A stretch of 59,786 bases of DNA, filler included. It is 5 parts of 5 records of this genome, joined end to end, with 100 filler letters (N's around TTAATTAATTAA, not from the genome) between each part and the next. Parts side by side here need not be neighbours in the genome. Positions count along the whole stretch, not along the records: positions 1 to 25,459 come from SRR31156797_3792; positions 25,560 to 38,929 come from SRR31156797_3802; 3 more parts are not named here. One strand, 5' to 3'. Positions 20,532-29,103 of the stretch are shown piece after piece. The stretch's first letter is position 1; the number at the start of each line of letters is the position of its first letter. The position numbers and the translations under genes were made by a program. A model generated the notes under the pieces. It had not been told where the DNA came from and searched no databases. It saw only the letters and a list, made by a program, of their open reading frames with translations.

Positions 20532-21296
20532 ATGCAAACAAATTTTAAAGATTCGCTCGATCATGTTTTGGTTTATGAAGGTGGATGGGCCGATCATCCC
20601 CGCGATCCGGGTGGTGCGACCATGAAGGGCGTTACCCTGGAGGTATTCCGCAATCATTTTGGTGCGGATAAAACCAAAGACGACCTCAAAAACATTTCAG
20701 ATGAAGAATTGCAACAGATATACAAATCAGGTTACTGGGATAAATGTAAATGTGATGACCTGCCTTCGGGTGTCGATTTTGTGGTGTTTGATTCGGCCGT
20801 AAACTCAGGGCCGGGAAGGGGTGCGAAATGGCTTCAGGGTGCTATCGGAGCGGTTCAGGATGGTGGCATCGGGCCAAACACGCTGGCTAAAGTAAAAGAT
20901 CATAAACCTATTGATATTGTGAACGGGATCTGCGATAACCGACTGAATTTTCTGAAAAGCCTGAGCAACTGGTCGGTATTTGGAAAGGGCTGGCAAAGGC
21001 GGGTTGATGCCCTTCGCAAGGAAGCTGTTCATTTGGCCGGCGGAACTGTACCGGACACACAGCCTGCATTATCTCCTGATCCTGCGGCAGCGCCATCTGT
21101 AAATTTTGAAACTACACGCAGAGGTTCTTCGGGCGATTGGGTGAAAAAACTCCAGGAAGCCCTGAATATTGAAGCCGATGGCATTTTTGGCCCCGGAACC
21201 GATGCAGCACTCAAAACCTGGCAAACCGAGGAAGGCCTCACTGCTGATGGCATCGCCGGAAGGAATACCTACAAGGCTTTGGGGTTGATTCAGTAA
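20532..21296 (+). CDS. GH108 lysozyme with peptidoglycan-binding domains
   Basis: EGGWADHPRDPGGAT, YW..CDDLP, FDSAVNSG, FGKGWQRR; C-terminal PG_binding_1 ADGIFGPGT...ADGIAG. Confidence 0.9.
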   Translation: MQTNFKDSLDHVLVYEGGWADHPRDPGGATMKGVTLEVFRNHFGADKTKDDLKNISDEELQQIYKSGYWDKCKCDDLPSGVDFVVFDSAVNSGPGRGAKWLQGAIGAVQDGGIGPNTLAKVKDHKPIDIVNGICDNRLNFLKSLSNWSVFGKGWQRRVDALRKEAVHLAGGTVPDTQPALSPDPAAAPSVNFETTRRGSSGDWVKKLQEALNIEADGIFGPGTDAALKTWQTEEGLTADGIAGRNTYKALGLIQ

Positions 21297-21308
21297 AAAA
21301 CTTAATGC

Positions 21309-22550
21309 TCAAAGTTTTAAAATCTGGAGACAGCTATCATCATAATTATGAGATAATATTTTGAAATCATAATTGGGATAAGTCTCCACAAATTTTTTAA
21401 TTCCTGCGTTTTTCCTTGATGGGCAGGAATATTTTATTTCATATGCAAGCGTTGCAAAAGGGCTATTCACAACAAAATCTATTTCTTTTTGGTCGGTCGT
21501 TCGCCAAAAATACAGATCGTCGGCAGTGTATTTTTCCGATAGCCTCTTAAATGCATAGTTTTCGAGTAACAGGCCCTTATCTTCTCTATTGTCAGGATGA
21601 TTAAATCTGTTAATCAAAACATTGAGCATCCCGTTGTCATAAAAAAAGACTTTAGGCATTTTTGTCAATTCCTTGCGGAGGTTTCCTGAAAATGGTTTCA
21701 AGAGTTCAACATGAAAGCATTTCCTCAGAATCGTAATGTACCGGTCGATTGTTTTATTGTCGACACCAAGTGTGTTCGATAATTCATTTTTATTGAGCAA
21801 ATTACCGGATTGACTGGCAAGAACCGCACAAAGCTTATAAAACAAATCCTGATTTGAAACCCCTGATTCATCTATATCTCTTTTCAAAAATGAATTCTTT
21901 AATTCTTTCAGGATTTCCAGTTTTTCCAGTTTATTATCTTCCAAAGCCACAGCCGGATAGCCGCCATATATTAAATATTGGTCGAACACCTGAAGCATTT
22001 CTTCTTTTTGTGAAGAAATAAATTCGGGGCGTTCTCTCATTTCCATTAGGATTTTTGATAAATCCTCCCGATCAATGAAATTCAAATATTCTTGAAAACT
22101 CAGTGTTTGTAAATTGAAAATTCTTTTTCGCCCAGCAAGCGAATCTGTAAACTTCGAATCAATATAAAATGCACTGCTTCCGGTAGCTACGATTTTTAAA
22201 TTGTCAAGATATTTATCAAATAAGTATTTAAGAAAATTGGACGGATCTTTTGCATATTGGATTTCATCAACAAAAATTACAATACGTTGATTTTGAGTTG
22301 CTGACTTCAAAGGGTCAGCCGGCCTGCTCACATACTTGAATATATTTTCCGGGCTTTCATTAATGTCTCTGAGAATATCAGCATTTTCAAAAGACAGATA
22401 AAACGCATTGTCTGATTTTTTGCTCAGTTCCTTAAAAAGTTGAAGGATAATGGTTGTTTTGCCTGTTTGACGTGCACCGGCAATAATGGTGTATTCTTTT
22501 TTGGAAAGATGTTTTTTGATTTTTGAGAATATGGTTCTTTCTTTAAACAT
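21309..22550 (-). CDS. AAA_14 / DUF4143 ATP-binding protein
   Basis: GARQTGKT, FVDEIQ, ATGSS, YGGYP, C-terminal FWRT..KEIDFVV..YEIK. Confidence 0.9.
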   Translation of the reverse strand: MFKERTIFSKIKKHLSKKEYTIIAGARQTGKTTIILQLFKELSKKSDNAFYLSFENADILRDINESPENIFKYVSRPADPLKSATQNQRIVIFVDEIQYAKDPSNFLKYLFDKYLDNLKIVATGSSAFYIDSKFTDSLAGRKRIFNLQTLSFQEYLNFIDREDLSKILMEMRERPEFISSQKEEMLQVFDQYLIYGGYPAVALEDNKLEKLEILKELKNSFLKRDIDESGVSNQDLFYKLCAVLASQSGNLLNKNELSNTLGVDNKTIDRYITILRKCFHVELLKPFSGNLRKELTKMPKVFFYDNGMLNVLINRFNHPDNREDKGLLLENYAFKRLSEKYTADDLYFWRTTDQKEIDFVVNSPFATLAYEIKYSCPSRKNAGIKKFVETYPNYDFKILSHNYDDSCLQILKL

Positions 22551-22573
22551 AAGCAATCAATTTGTGCAAAGTT

Positions 22574-22680
22574 ACCAAAAAAATGGATTTTTTTAGACTG
22601 TAACTCCAAAAATATCGGATAATATTGGGATTGTTATCCAAAAATATCGGATAATATTGGAGTTATACTCCCACATTATC
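22574..22680 (-). repeat. 32-bp-period direct repeat (two identical 24-mers plus degenerate flanks)
   Basis: TCCAAAAATATCGGATAATATTGG at 22605 and 22637; degenerate copies near 22574 and 22669. Confidence 0.85.
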
Positions 22681-22731
22681 TACCGACTACGGTATGATTT
22701 CTCAGTTCATTTTGGGAAATAAAAACCTTCC

Positions 22732-23427
22732 TCAGGAAAGCTTTGAAATCAAATCAGCCCGATAGCTTTTACCCACGTGTATTTCGATGCCTTTCACAAT
22801 TACCTCTGATGTTGAAAAGCTCTCAATTTTTTCGCGGTTGACCAAATAGCTGCGGTGCACCCTGATGAACATCCCGGGTGGCAGTTTCTGCTCCATGCTC
22901 ACAAGTCGGTCATAGATATCCAGTTTGGTTTTGGGAGTATGAATCCGGATAAAATCATCCATACTTTCAATGAACAGAATATCATGTATAAGAACTTTAT
23001 GGAATTTCTTATCAGCCTTTACAATGATAAAATCCTGCTGATCCTGCAAACTTTCGGAATTTGAAACTGGGCTCACTGAATGGTAAAACCTGTTGACAGC
23101 TTTCAGGAAACGGTCAAAAGGTATGGGCTTAAGCAGGTAATCCAAAACCTGGAAATCAAAAGCGTTGGCAGCATAATCGCGATGGGCTGTTGTGATGACG
23201 ACCTGTGGTTTTGTGTCCATGCTTTTCAACAGGCCAAATCCGGTAATTGCCGGCATTTCAATATCAAGGAATAAAAGGTCGGCGTGGTTGTTGGCAAGGA
23301 ACTGCAAAGCTTCCAAAGGATCTGTGAAACTGGCTGCTACATGTATATTGGAGATTTGTTCCAGGTGTTTCCGGATAACCTCAATGGCAATGGGTTCGTC
23401 GTCGATGATTACACAACTATATTCCAT
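22732..23427 (-). CDS. LytTR family response regulator
   Basis: IIDDE, FLDIEMP, DYLLKP receiver; FIRVHRSYLVN LytTR domain. Confidence 0.95.
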   Translation of the reverse strand: MEYSCVIIDDEPIAIEVIRKHLEQISNIHVAASFTDPLEALQFLANNHADLLFLDIEMPAITGFGLLKSMDTKPQVVITTAHRDYAANAFDFQVLDYLLKPIPFDRFLKAVNRFYHSVSPVSNSESLQDQQDFIIVKADKKFHKVLIHDILFIESMDDFIRIHTPKTKLDIYDRLVSMEQKLPPGMFIRVHRSYLVNREKIESFSTSEVIVKGIEIHVGKSYRADLISKLS

Positions 23428-24499
23428 GGTTTTGATCAGTATGTATTTTGTCGAGATGGATGATCAGTTCAAAGCTGTACAATTCTTCTCCTTCCAATAT
23501 TTTCAGCGTGTGCCGGTTTTCATATAAAATATTCAACCTTTCTTTCAGATTTTTAATACCCAGGCCTTTCACCTCTGTTTGTCGGCCGCCTTTAATAAAT
23601 GTATTTGAAGCACTGAAATGTAGTATATCCTTTTCAATTTTGCCTTTAATCTCAATTTTAGGGGATTGCTTAGCCGTGTGTTTAACATGTTTAAAACAGT
23701 TTTCGCAAACCGGTAAAAGCAAAAGTGGGGCGATCATGTACCTATCCTGATTTTCAGGCCATTCAATGTTTAAGTCAAGATTCTCATCAAATTTTTGTTT
23801 TTCCAGAGCAACGTAATCTGTCAGAAATGTGATCTCATTTTCCAGTATTACCAGCTCATCATTACAGCGATATAGCATGTAGTCGAGCATGTTCGACAGG
23901 TTGATGACAAGGTCGGGTGTTTTTTCTGATTTTTTCAGGCTATGGCCATAAATCAAATTCAGGGAGTTGAACAGCATATGTGGGTGCAACTGGTTTTGAA
24001 GCATTTTTAACCTGGTTTCCTTTAGCTTTAATTCGGTTGAAATTTCTTTTTGTTTCAACCGGTAATTCTGTTCCTGCTTTTTAAAGGTTTCTCTCACAAA
24101 GTGAATGGCAACGCCAATCAAAACTGCTAGATACAAGCCGGCCGAAACATAAAAAATATCAAATGTGGTTTTGGGCATCTCAGAAAGATCGAACTCCCAT
24201 GTTTTGATAAAGGTGAACACAGAGAGGAGGGTATTCAGCCAGAGGGAAACCATTATGATGGCAATGAGAAAATAAAAGAATTTGTAATAGATTCTCCTGA
24301 AAAGAAACCGTGGAATCAACCAGTAGTTTATGGTGTAGGTGGTTAGGATAACCAAAGGCAGCTGTAGGCAAACATAAAACAATGCGTTAAATGAATCGCT
24401 CGTGAAATGCCCGAAAAACAAAGATAAAAACACGAGTACCAGGAACCAGTAGGTGATGTGAATAAGTAATTTGTATTTATCCTTCCGGAAATGCATCAA
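23417..24499 (-). CDS. LytS/YehU-type sensor histidine kinase
   Basis: TM region, QLHPHMLFNSLN, ENCFKH, GLGIKNLKERL. Confidence 0.93.
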   Translation of the reverse strand: MMHFRKDKYKLLIHITYWFLVLVFLSLFFGHFTSDSFNALFYVCLQLPLVILTTYTINYWLIPRFLFRRIYYKFFYFLIAIIMVSLWLNTLLSVFTFIKTWEFDLSEMPKTTFDIFYVSAGLYLAVLIGVAIHFVRETFKKQEQNYRLKQKEISTELKLKETRLKMLQNQLHPHMLFNSLNLIYGHSLKKSEKTPDLVINLSNMLDYMLYRCNDELVILENEITFLTDYVALEKQKFDENLDLNIEWPENQDRYMIAPLLLLPVCENCFKHVKHTAKQSPKIEIKGKIEKDILHFSASNTFIKGGRQTEVKGLGIKNLKERLNILYENRHTLKILEGEELYSFELIIHLDKIHTDQNHGI

Positions 24500-24530
24500 A
24501 CAAATGTAGGCATTAAAATCAGTGGTTTTT

Positions 24531-24630
24531 TGGATTTTCCCTGAAGGTATGGTTTTTTCCCCTGAACGGCTAATGTAAGGATTATCAATATCCCGGAAGC
24601 ATTCAGGGAATAATTGAGGCCTTTGAGGAA
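24531..24630. promoter_or_regulatory. putative LytTR binding repeats
   Basis: CCTGAA at 24540 and 24561 (21-bp period); inverted copy TTCAGGGAA at 24602 and weaker copy at 24622. Confidence 0.55.
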
Positions 24631-24707
24631 ATAAATTTTTTTTCGGATAAATGCTGAGGTAATATTGCTATCAATTCATTAATTGTTAATTTTAAAATCC
24701 ATTAATC

Positions 24708-25103
24708 ATGAAAGAATTCATTTTAACCGGCGGGCCAACAGGCATGACATTTATCCTGTTTCTGGGACTGGTGATATTAATCGTAGCACTGGTTGAGATT
24801 TCAAGACGACTATCAAAAGTGAAATTTACAACCCTTGACAACAGGCTACTAATAACCATTTCATCCCTGGGCGGGTTTGCCATTTTATTCGGACTTTTTT
24901 ACCAGGTGTTGGGGCTCTACCAGGCCTATCAGTTCATCCGGATGGCCGGAGATATTTCACCACAAATTGTAATGAGCGGTGTGTTTGTATCTTTTTATGC
25001 ACCTTTGTTCGGGCTTGGCGTAGGGCTTGTGGCATTTGTATTTTGGTATGCCATAAAAATGATTTGGCATCCCACCGGTATTTCAACCCCGAAAACAGCA
25101 TAA
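24708..25103 (+). CDS. small MotA/TolQ/ExbB-like membrane protein
   Basis: FILTGGP start, three TM helices, GLYQAY..AGDISPQIVMSG. Confidence 0.65.
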   Translation: MKEFILTGGPTGMTFILFLGLVILIVALVEISRRLSKVKFTTLDNRLLITISSLGGFAILFGLFYQVLGLYQAYQFIRMAGDISPQIVMSGVFVSFYAPLFGLGVGLVAFVFWYAIKMIWHPTGISTPKTA

Positions 25104-25128
25104 TTCACTTATTAAAAACTATTAAACG

Positions 25129-25335
25129 ATGACATTTCAACTTGAAGGACAGGATTACATTGAATTGATGAAACTACTTAAGTTTATGAATCTTGTAGAA
25201 TCAGGTTCTGAAGCCAAACTTGTAATTGATGAGGGACTGGTTCAGGTAAACGGTCAGGTTGAAATGCGTCGCCGTTGTAAAATCAGGGTAGGGGATAAAG
25301 TTGATTTTGAAGGGGACATAATTGAAGTCCAATAA
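25129..25335 (+). CDS. S4-domain RNA-binding protein (YbcJ/YaaA-like)
   Basis: YIELMKLLK..SGSEAK..VQVNGQVEMRRRCKI. Confidence 0.88.
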   Translation: MTFQLEGQDYIELMKLLKFMNLVESGSEAKLVIDEGLVQVNGQVEMRRRCKIRVGDKVDFEGDIIEVQ

Positions 25336-25379
25336 AAAATCCGATGTAGTTTAAATATCTAAATTCTAACATCGGATTT
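25335..25379. terminator. hairpin / probable terminator
   Basis: AAATCCGATGT...ACATCGGATTT between convergent S4 gene and tRNA. Confidence 0.6.
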
Positions 25380-25393
25380 CTATTATCATTGTG

Positions 25394-25459
25394 AGCCACC
25401 CACGGGACTTGAACCCGCGACCCGCGCATTACGAATGCGCTGCTCTACCAACTGAGCTA
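25394..25459 (-). tRNA. tRNA-Thr(CGU), 5' end cut by contig end
   Basis: Reverse complement TAGCTCAGTTGGTAGAGCA-GCGCATT CGT AATGCGC-GGGTCGCGGGTTCAAGTCCCGTGGGTGGCT. Confidence 0.92.
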
Positions 25460-25559
25460 NNNNNNNNNNNNNNNNNNNNNNNNNNNNNNNNNNNNNNNNN
25501 NNNTTAATTAATTAANNNNNNNNNNNNNNNNNNNNNNNNNNNNNNNNNNNNNNNNNNNN
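25460..25559. other. artificial contig linker
   Basis: N44-TTAATTAATTAA-N44 (stops in all six frames). Confidence 0.98.
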
Positions 25560-25588
25560 GGTCCTGGGTTCGAGCCCCAGTTGAGTCA
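25560..25588 (+). tRNA. 3' fragment of a tRNA (probably Lys), cut by contig start
   Basis: GGTCCTGGGTTCGAGCCCCAG T-arm followed by TTGAGTCA acceptor strand; anticodon not visible, identity from resemblance to Bacteroidota tRNA-Lys. Confidence 0.7.
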
Positions 25589-25591
25589 CAG

Positions 25592-25625
25592 AAAAGCGAT
25601 AATTCGATGAATTGTCGCTTTTTTT
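25592..25625 (+). terminator. intrinsic terminator after tRNA
   Basis: AAAAGCGATAATTC-GAT-GAATTGTCGCTTTTTTT. Confidence 0.8.
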
Positions 25626-25720
25626 GTGTGCTAAAAATCCCCCACACTCCCATCCGGTTTTTTCTCCGGCTACAATGTGCGGACATGAATGATGGTTTTT
25701 TCGGTATTGGCAAATAGGTT

Positions 25721-26362
25721 TTATTTCTTCAATAATTTTTCAAAATCTAACTTAATTAATTCCCAAGCTTTTCCTTTAAGACAGTTCGGCGTAAAATCAT
25801 CTTCCGCATTAGAAAAATCAGTTATTTTGGATAGTAATACATCTTTTGAATATCCATAGGGGTTTCTTTTGAGATAAAAGCTTATCATTTCATCTAAGGT
25901 ATACATTTCAAGTAGTTCATGAATATCCCAAAAATCTTTTTTTCGACCACCATTAGCAATTAACTCAAATTTCATTGCGGCTACTTCTTCAATACTTGAA
26001 AACCTAATATTCTGTTTAACAAGAACAGGGAAAACAAAGGGTTCTGTATAGAACAAATCCAACTTTACCAATTCATGTTTATTATTCCCGATAAAATAGG
26101 ACTTACCCATTCCAACTATATCAACTGATGATGAATCCACATAAGGAAAAATTTCAATTAATTTAGCTTCAAGTAAAGTAAAGTCAATGCTACCATAGTC
26201 AGCGTCTGCAAATAAATCGATATCAATTGACTCTCTGTGACCTAATTGAAGACTCAATGAGGTGCCTCCCACAAGTCTAAAACTATTAAATTCTTCAATT
26301 AGCATTAATTGCTTAAGAGCATTCCATAGAAAATCCGAAACAGTATTTAAGTATAAATCCAT
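25721..26362 (-). CDS. AbiEii/AbiGii-like nucleotidyltransferase toxin
   Basis: GGTSLSLQLGHRESIDIDLF; AAMK...RKKDFWD. Confidence 0.88.
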   Translation of the reverse strand: MDLYLNTVSDFLWNALKQLMLIEEFNSFRLVGGTSLSLQLGHRESIDIDLFADADYGSIDFTLLEAKLIEIFPYVDSSSVDIVGMGKSYFIGNNKHELVKLDLFYTEPFVFPVLVKQNIRFSSIEEVAAMKFELIANGGRKKDFWDIHELLEMYTLDEMISFYLKRNPYGYSKDVLLSKITDFSNAEDDFTPNCLKGKAWELIKLDFEKLLKK

Positions 26363-26868
26363 TACAATAAGTTGAATTCTGTAATATTCTTCTCAAAAGA
26401 AGGTAAATAGCTTTCTTTTATTGATTTAATCTCCTTAGAAATTGTTTTCTTTCCATAGAATGTGATGATTTCATTTATTTCAGTTTTATTCCCTCTTTCT
26501 AAAATTCTTTTAATAATCGCTTTTTTGTTTTTGTCCCAATCAATTTTATTAAAATCAGTATCCCAAAAAAGTACTCTCCTTATATTATTAATGTTAGGTG
26601 TCTCTTTTATTTTATATTCTGCTGTTTTTACGTCATAACTTGCCTGAAGCAACATGAAGTAATCTTTTTCGGTTTTAAATACTTTTGATAGTTTAATTGA
26701 AAGACTTGGGTTAATATCTCTTCGTTTATTTAAGATAGCACTTATTGTTTGCTTATGCTCACCAATATAACAAGCTAATTCAGAGGCTCTTAGATTTCGA
26801 TTATATAACTCCCATCTTAATAATGTGCCAGGATGTATTCCTTTAATTTTACTTAATCTTGGTAACAT
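26362..26868 (-). CDS. antitoxin: HigA-like XRE HTH fused to DUF6922-like domain
   Basis: IHPGTLL..QTISAILNKRRDIN..LQASYD; LFWDTDFNKIDWDKNKKAIIKRILERG; stop overlaps toxin start. Confidence 0.8.
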   Translation of the reverse strand: MLPRLSKIKGIHPGTLLRWELYNRNLRASELACYIGEHKQTISAILNKRRDINPSLSIKLSKVFKTEKDYFMLLQASYDVKTAEYKIKETPNINNIRRVLFWDTDFNKIDWDKNKKAIIKRILERGNKTEINEIITFYGKKTISKEIKSIKESYLPSFEKNITEFNLL

Positions 26869-26908
26869 GATTTATCCCTTTAATGTAAAAATACAAACAT
26901 TTCAATAA

Positions 26909-26936
26909 TAAACAAAATTGTTTACTAAAAGTAAAC
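26909..26936. promoter_or_regulatory. overlapping palindromes, putative TA operator
   Basis: TAAACAA-AA-TTGTTTA and GTTTACT-AAA-AGTAAAC about 40-70 bp upstream of antitoxin. Confidence 0.55.
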
Positions 26937-27168
26937 GATATTGCTTACTATAAAAAATCAAAAACCATTCCAATTTCATTTGTTCCATAAGCCTTTCGCC
27001 CTTGGCTCCCTAATGCATAGTTTGTTTATTTTTACAAATACTAGCGAAATATTCAAAAATGGGTTTCGATTATTTCGTTTACTTGGCGTTCATGTAAAGT
27101 ATAAGATTACATTACATCGAGCACTGAATGCAATTAACCGCGAGCAAGGGTTCTATACATAATTTTCT

Positions 27169-27232
27169 CGGGGTGTAGCAAAGTCCGATCAGTATATCCC
27201 GCTGGAATCAGGAGGGTCACAGATTCGAAGTC
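27169..27232 (+). pseudogene. decayed tRNA-like sequence (Pro-like)
   Basis: CGGGGTGTAGCA 5' end and GGAGGGTCACAGATTCGAA T-arm remnant; D/anticodon arms do not pair, no 3' acceptor strand. Confidence 0.45.
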
Positions 27233-27234
27233 GC

Positions 27235-27264
27235 AAAAAAGCGAACCGTTTCCGATTCGCTTTT
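27235..27264. terminator. bidirectional terminator
   Basis: AAAAAAGCGAA-CCGTTTCCGA-TTCGCTTTT. Confidence 0.75.
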
Positions 27265-27280
27265 GAAATTTTTTTATCAA

Positions 27281-28960
27281 TTATTCTGGAGATTTTTCAT
27301 CTGGCCACTCTTTCTTAAAATCAAACCAGTATTTCTTCACAGTAGAACGCACCTCTTTACGAAGCATCAACAACCCAAACAAGTTAGGAATAGCCATAAA
27401 TACTACAGTAAGGTATGATAAACTCCATACTATTGTGGTATCTGTAAAGCTGGCTATAAAAAATGCAATTACATATAAAATTCGATAATAAATCACATAT
27501 TTAGATCCAAACAAATAGGTAATGGATCGCCCTCCGTAATATGACCAGGTTATAGCAGTAGAGAATGCAAACAACAGCAATCCTATCGATATAATATATT
27601 TTCCATATTCACCAAAATAACTTCGGGTAAAGGCCACTGCAGTTAATGGAGCGCTATGAATTAATGACTTACCTTTCATCACCAATTCCCCTCCTCTATC
27701 GTCCATTACTCCATCATCAATTTTAAGATCTCCGGTATATGGTTTTTCATTTTCTAAAACTTGAATATTTTCTGCAATTGAACGTGCATGTAAAATGGTT
27801 TTTTTCTCAGCAATATTACCTTCTGACACTGTTAAAGTTCCTGTAAATTTCTCAATATCTGAAGCATCCATCAGGTAATTTCTGATATCTGCAAAGTCTT
27901 CCTCATTTGATTGATCATATGTTTTGTCTAATACAACGATATCTGTTACCTGGAATTCATTTTCAACCTTCTCTGTCCACACACCTGAAGAAATCAACAC
28001 CAAACCGGTTAATGTACAAATAACAATAGTATCAATAAATGGCTCCAATAAGGCCACAAGACCTTCTGAAACCGGCTGGTGTGTGCGTGCACTGGCGTGA
28101 GCAATAGGTGCTGATCCCTGACCAGCTTCATTGGAAAATAAACCACGGTTAACACCATTGCTAAATGCAAATGCAAAACTGGCACCAATAAATCCACCCA
28201 TTGCAGCTGAACCATCAATTACGTCTGTAAAAATGGAAGCAAGTGAATGGCCAAGATTTTCATAATTATATACCAAAACCGCAATAGCACCAACTAAATA
28301 AATCAAACCCATACCTGGGACTAACTTCTCAGTTACTTTAGCAATGCGTTTAATCCCGCCAATAATAACAAAACCTAACAGAATGGCCATTACAGCACCG
28401 GTAATGATATGCTCAATTCCAAATGTGGCAAATACTGAATTGGAGATAGAGTTAATTTGAGGCAAACTACCTGAACCAAATGAAGATAAAATAGTAGCAG
28501 CAGCAAAGAAACCGGCCAGCCATTTCATATTTAATCTTTTCCTCATGTAATACATTGGTCCTCCGGAAACTGATCCATCTTCTGTAAAATCACGGTATTT
28601 GTGGGATAATGTAACCTCAACAAATTTCAATGTCATTCCAAAAAATGCAGTAATCAACATCCAGAACATGGCAGATGGTCCTCCCAGGTGAATAGCAAGG
28701 GCTACACCTGCAATGTTACCAGTACCTACAGTTCCACTCAATGCAGTAGAAAGCGCTTGAAAATGACTGGTATCACCCTCATCCCCTTCTCTGTCATATT
28801 TACCTTTTACAATTCGAATAGAATGCCTGAAATATCTAAACTGAGGGAACTTTAAATAAATGGTAAAAAACAAACCCGTTCCAAGTAACAAGAACACAAA
28901 CCATGGATGTCCACCTAAATAACCGTGAAGGGTATTCAAAAAATCGTTTATTTGCTGCAT
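27281..28960 (-). CDS. alanine/glycine:cation symporter (AGCS family)
   Basis: [37 protein letters not shown]. Confidence 0.95.
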   Translation of the reverse strand: MQQINDFLNTLHGYLGGHPWFVFLLLGTGLFFTIYLKFPQFRYFRHSIRIVKGKYDREGDEGDTSHFQALSTALSGTVGTGNIAGVALAIHLGGPSAMFWMLITAFFGMTLKFVEVTLSHKYRDFTEDGSVSGGPMYYMRKRLNMKWLAGFFAAATILSSFGSGSLPQINSISNSVFATFGIEHIITGAVMAILLGFVIIGGIKRIAKVTEKLVPGMGLIYLVGAIAVLVYNYENLGHSLASIFTDVIDGSAAMGGFIGASFAFAFSNGVNRGLFSNEAGQGSAPIAHASARTHQPVSEGLVALLEPFIDTIVICTLTGLVLISSGVWTEKVENEFQVTDIVVLDKTYDQSNEEDFADIRNYLMDASDIEKFTGTLTVSEGNIAEKKTILHARSIAENIQVLENEKPYTGDLKIDDGVMDDRGGELVMKGKSLIHSAPLTAVAFTRSYFGEYGKYIISIGLLLFAFSTAITWSYYGGRSITYLFGSKYVIYYRILYVIAFFIASFTDTTIVWSLSYLTVVFMAIPNLFGLLMLRKEVRSTVKKYWFDFKKEWPDEKSPE

Positions 28961-29103
28961 AATTTAGTTATCTTTTGAATCAGCCGTAAATATATAGTTT
29001 TTATGTTGAATTTAACACTTTTATTACCTTTACAAAGCTATTCTGACAATCAGAAAAACATACAAAACACTGACTTAAAACAAATTACAAAAAAAACACA
29101 AAA

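Noticed and set aside
20532-21296. Prophage
   Set aside because: No integrase, structural or holin genes near the lysozyme
25394-25588. tRNA halves as one split tRNA or an att-site pair
   Set aside because: Opposite strands, different acceptor sequences, separated by an artificial linker
25504-25713. ORFs ending in X...LIN (also 54506-55522)
   Set aside because: Stops are supplied by the TTAATTAATTAA linker; these frames are antisense or non-coding
26941-27162. 73-aa ORF in the TA islet
   Set aside because: TTG start, no motif, AT-rich; cannot be supported
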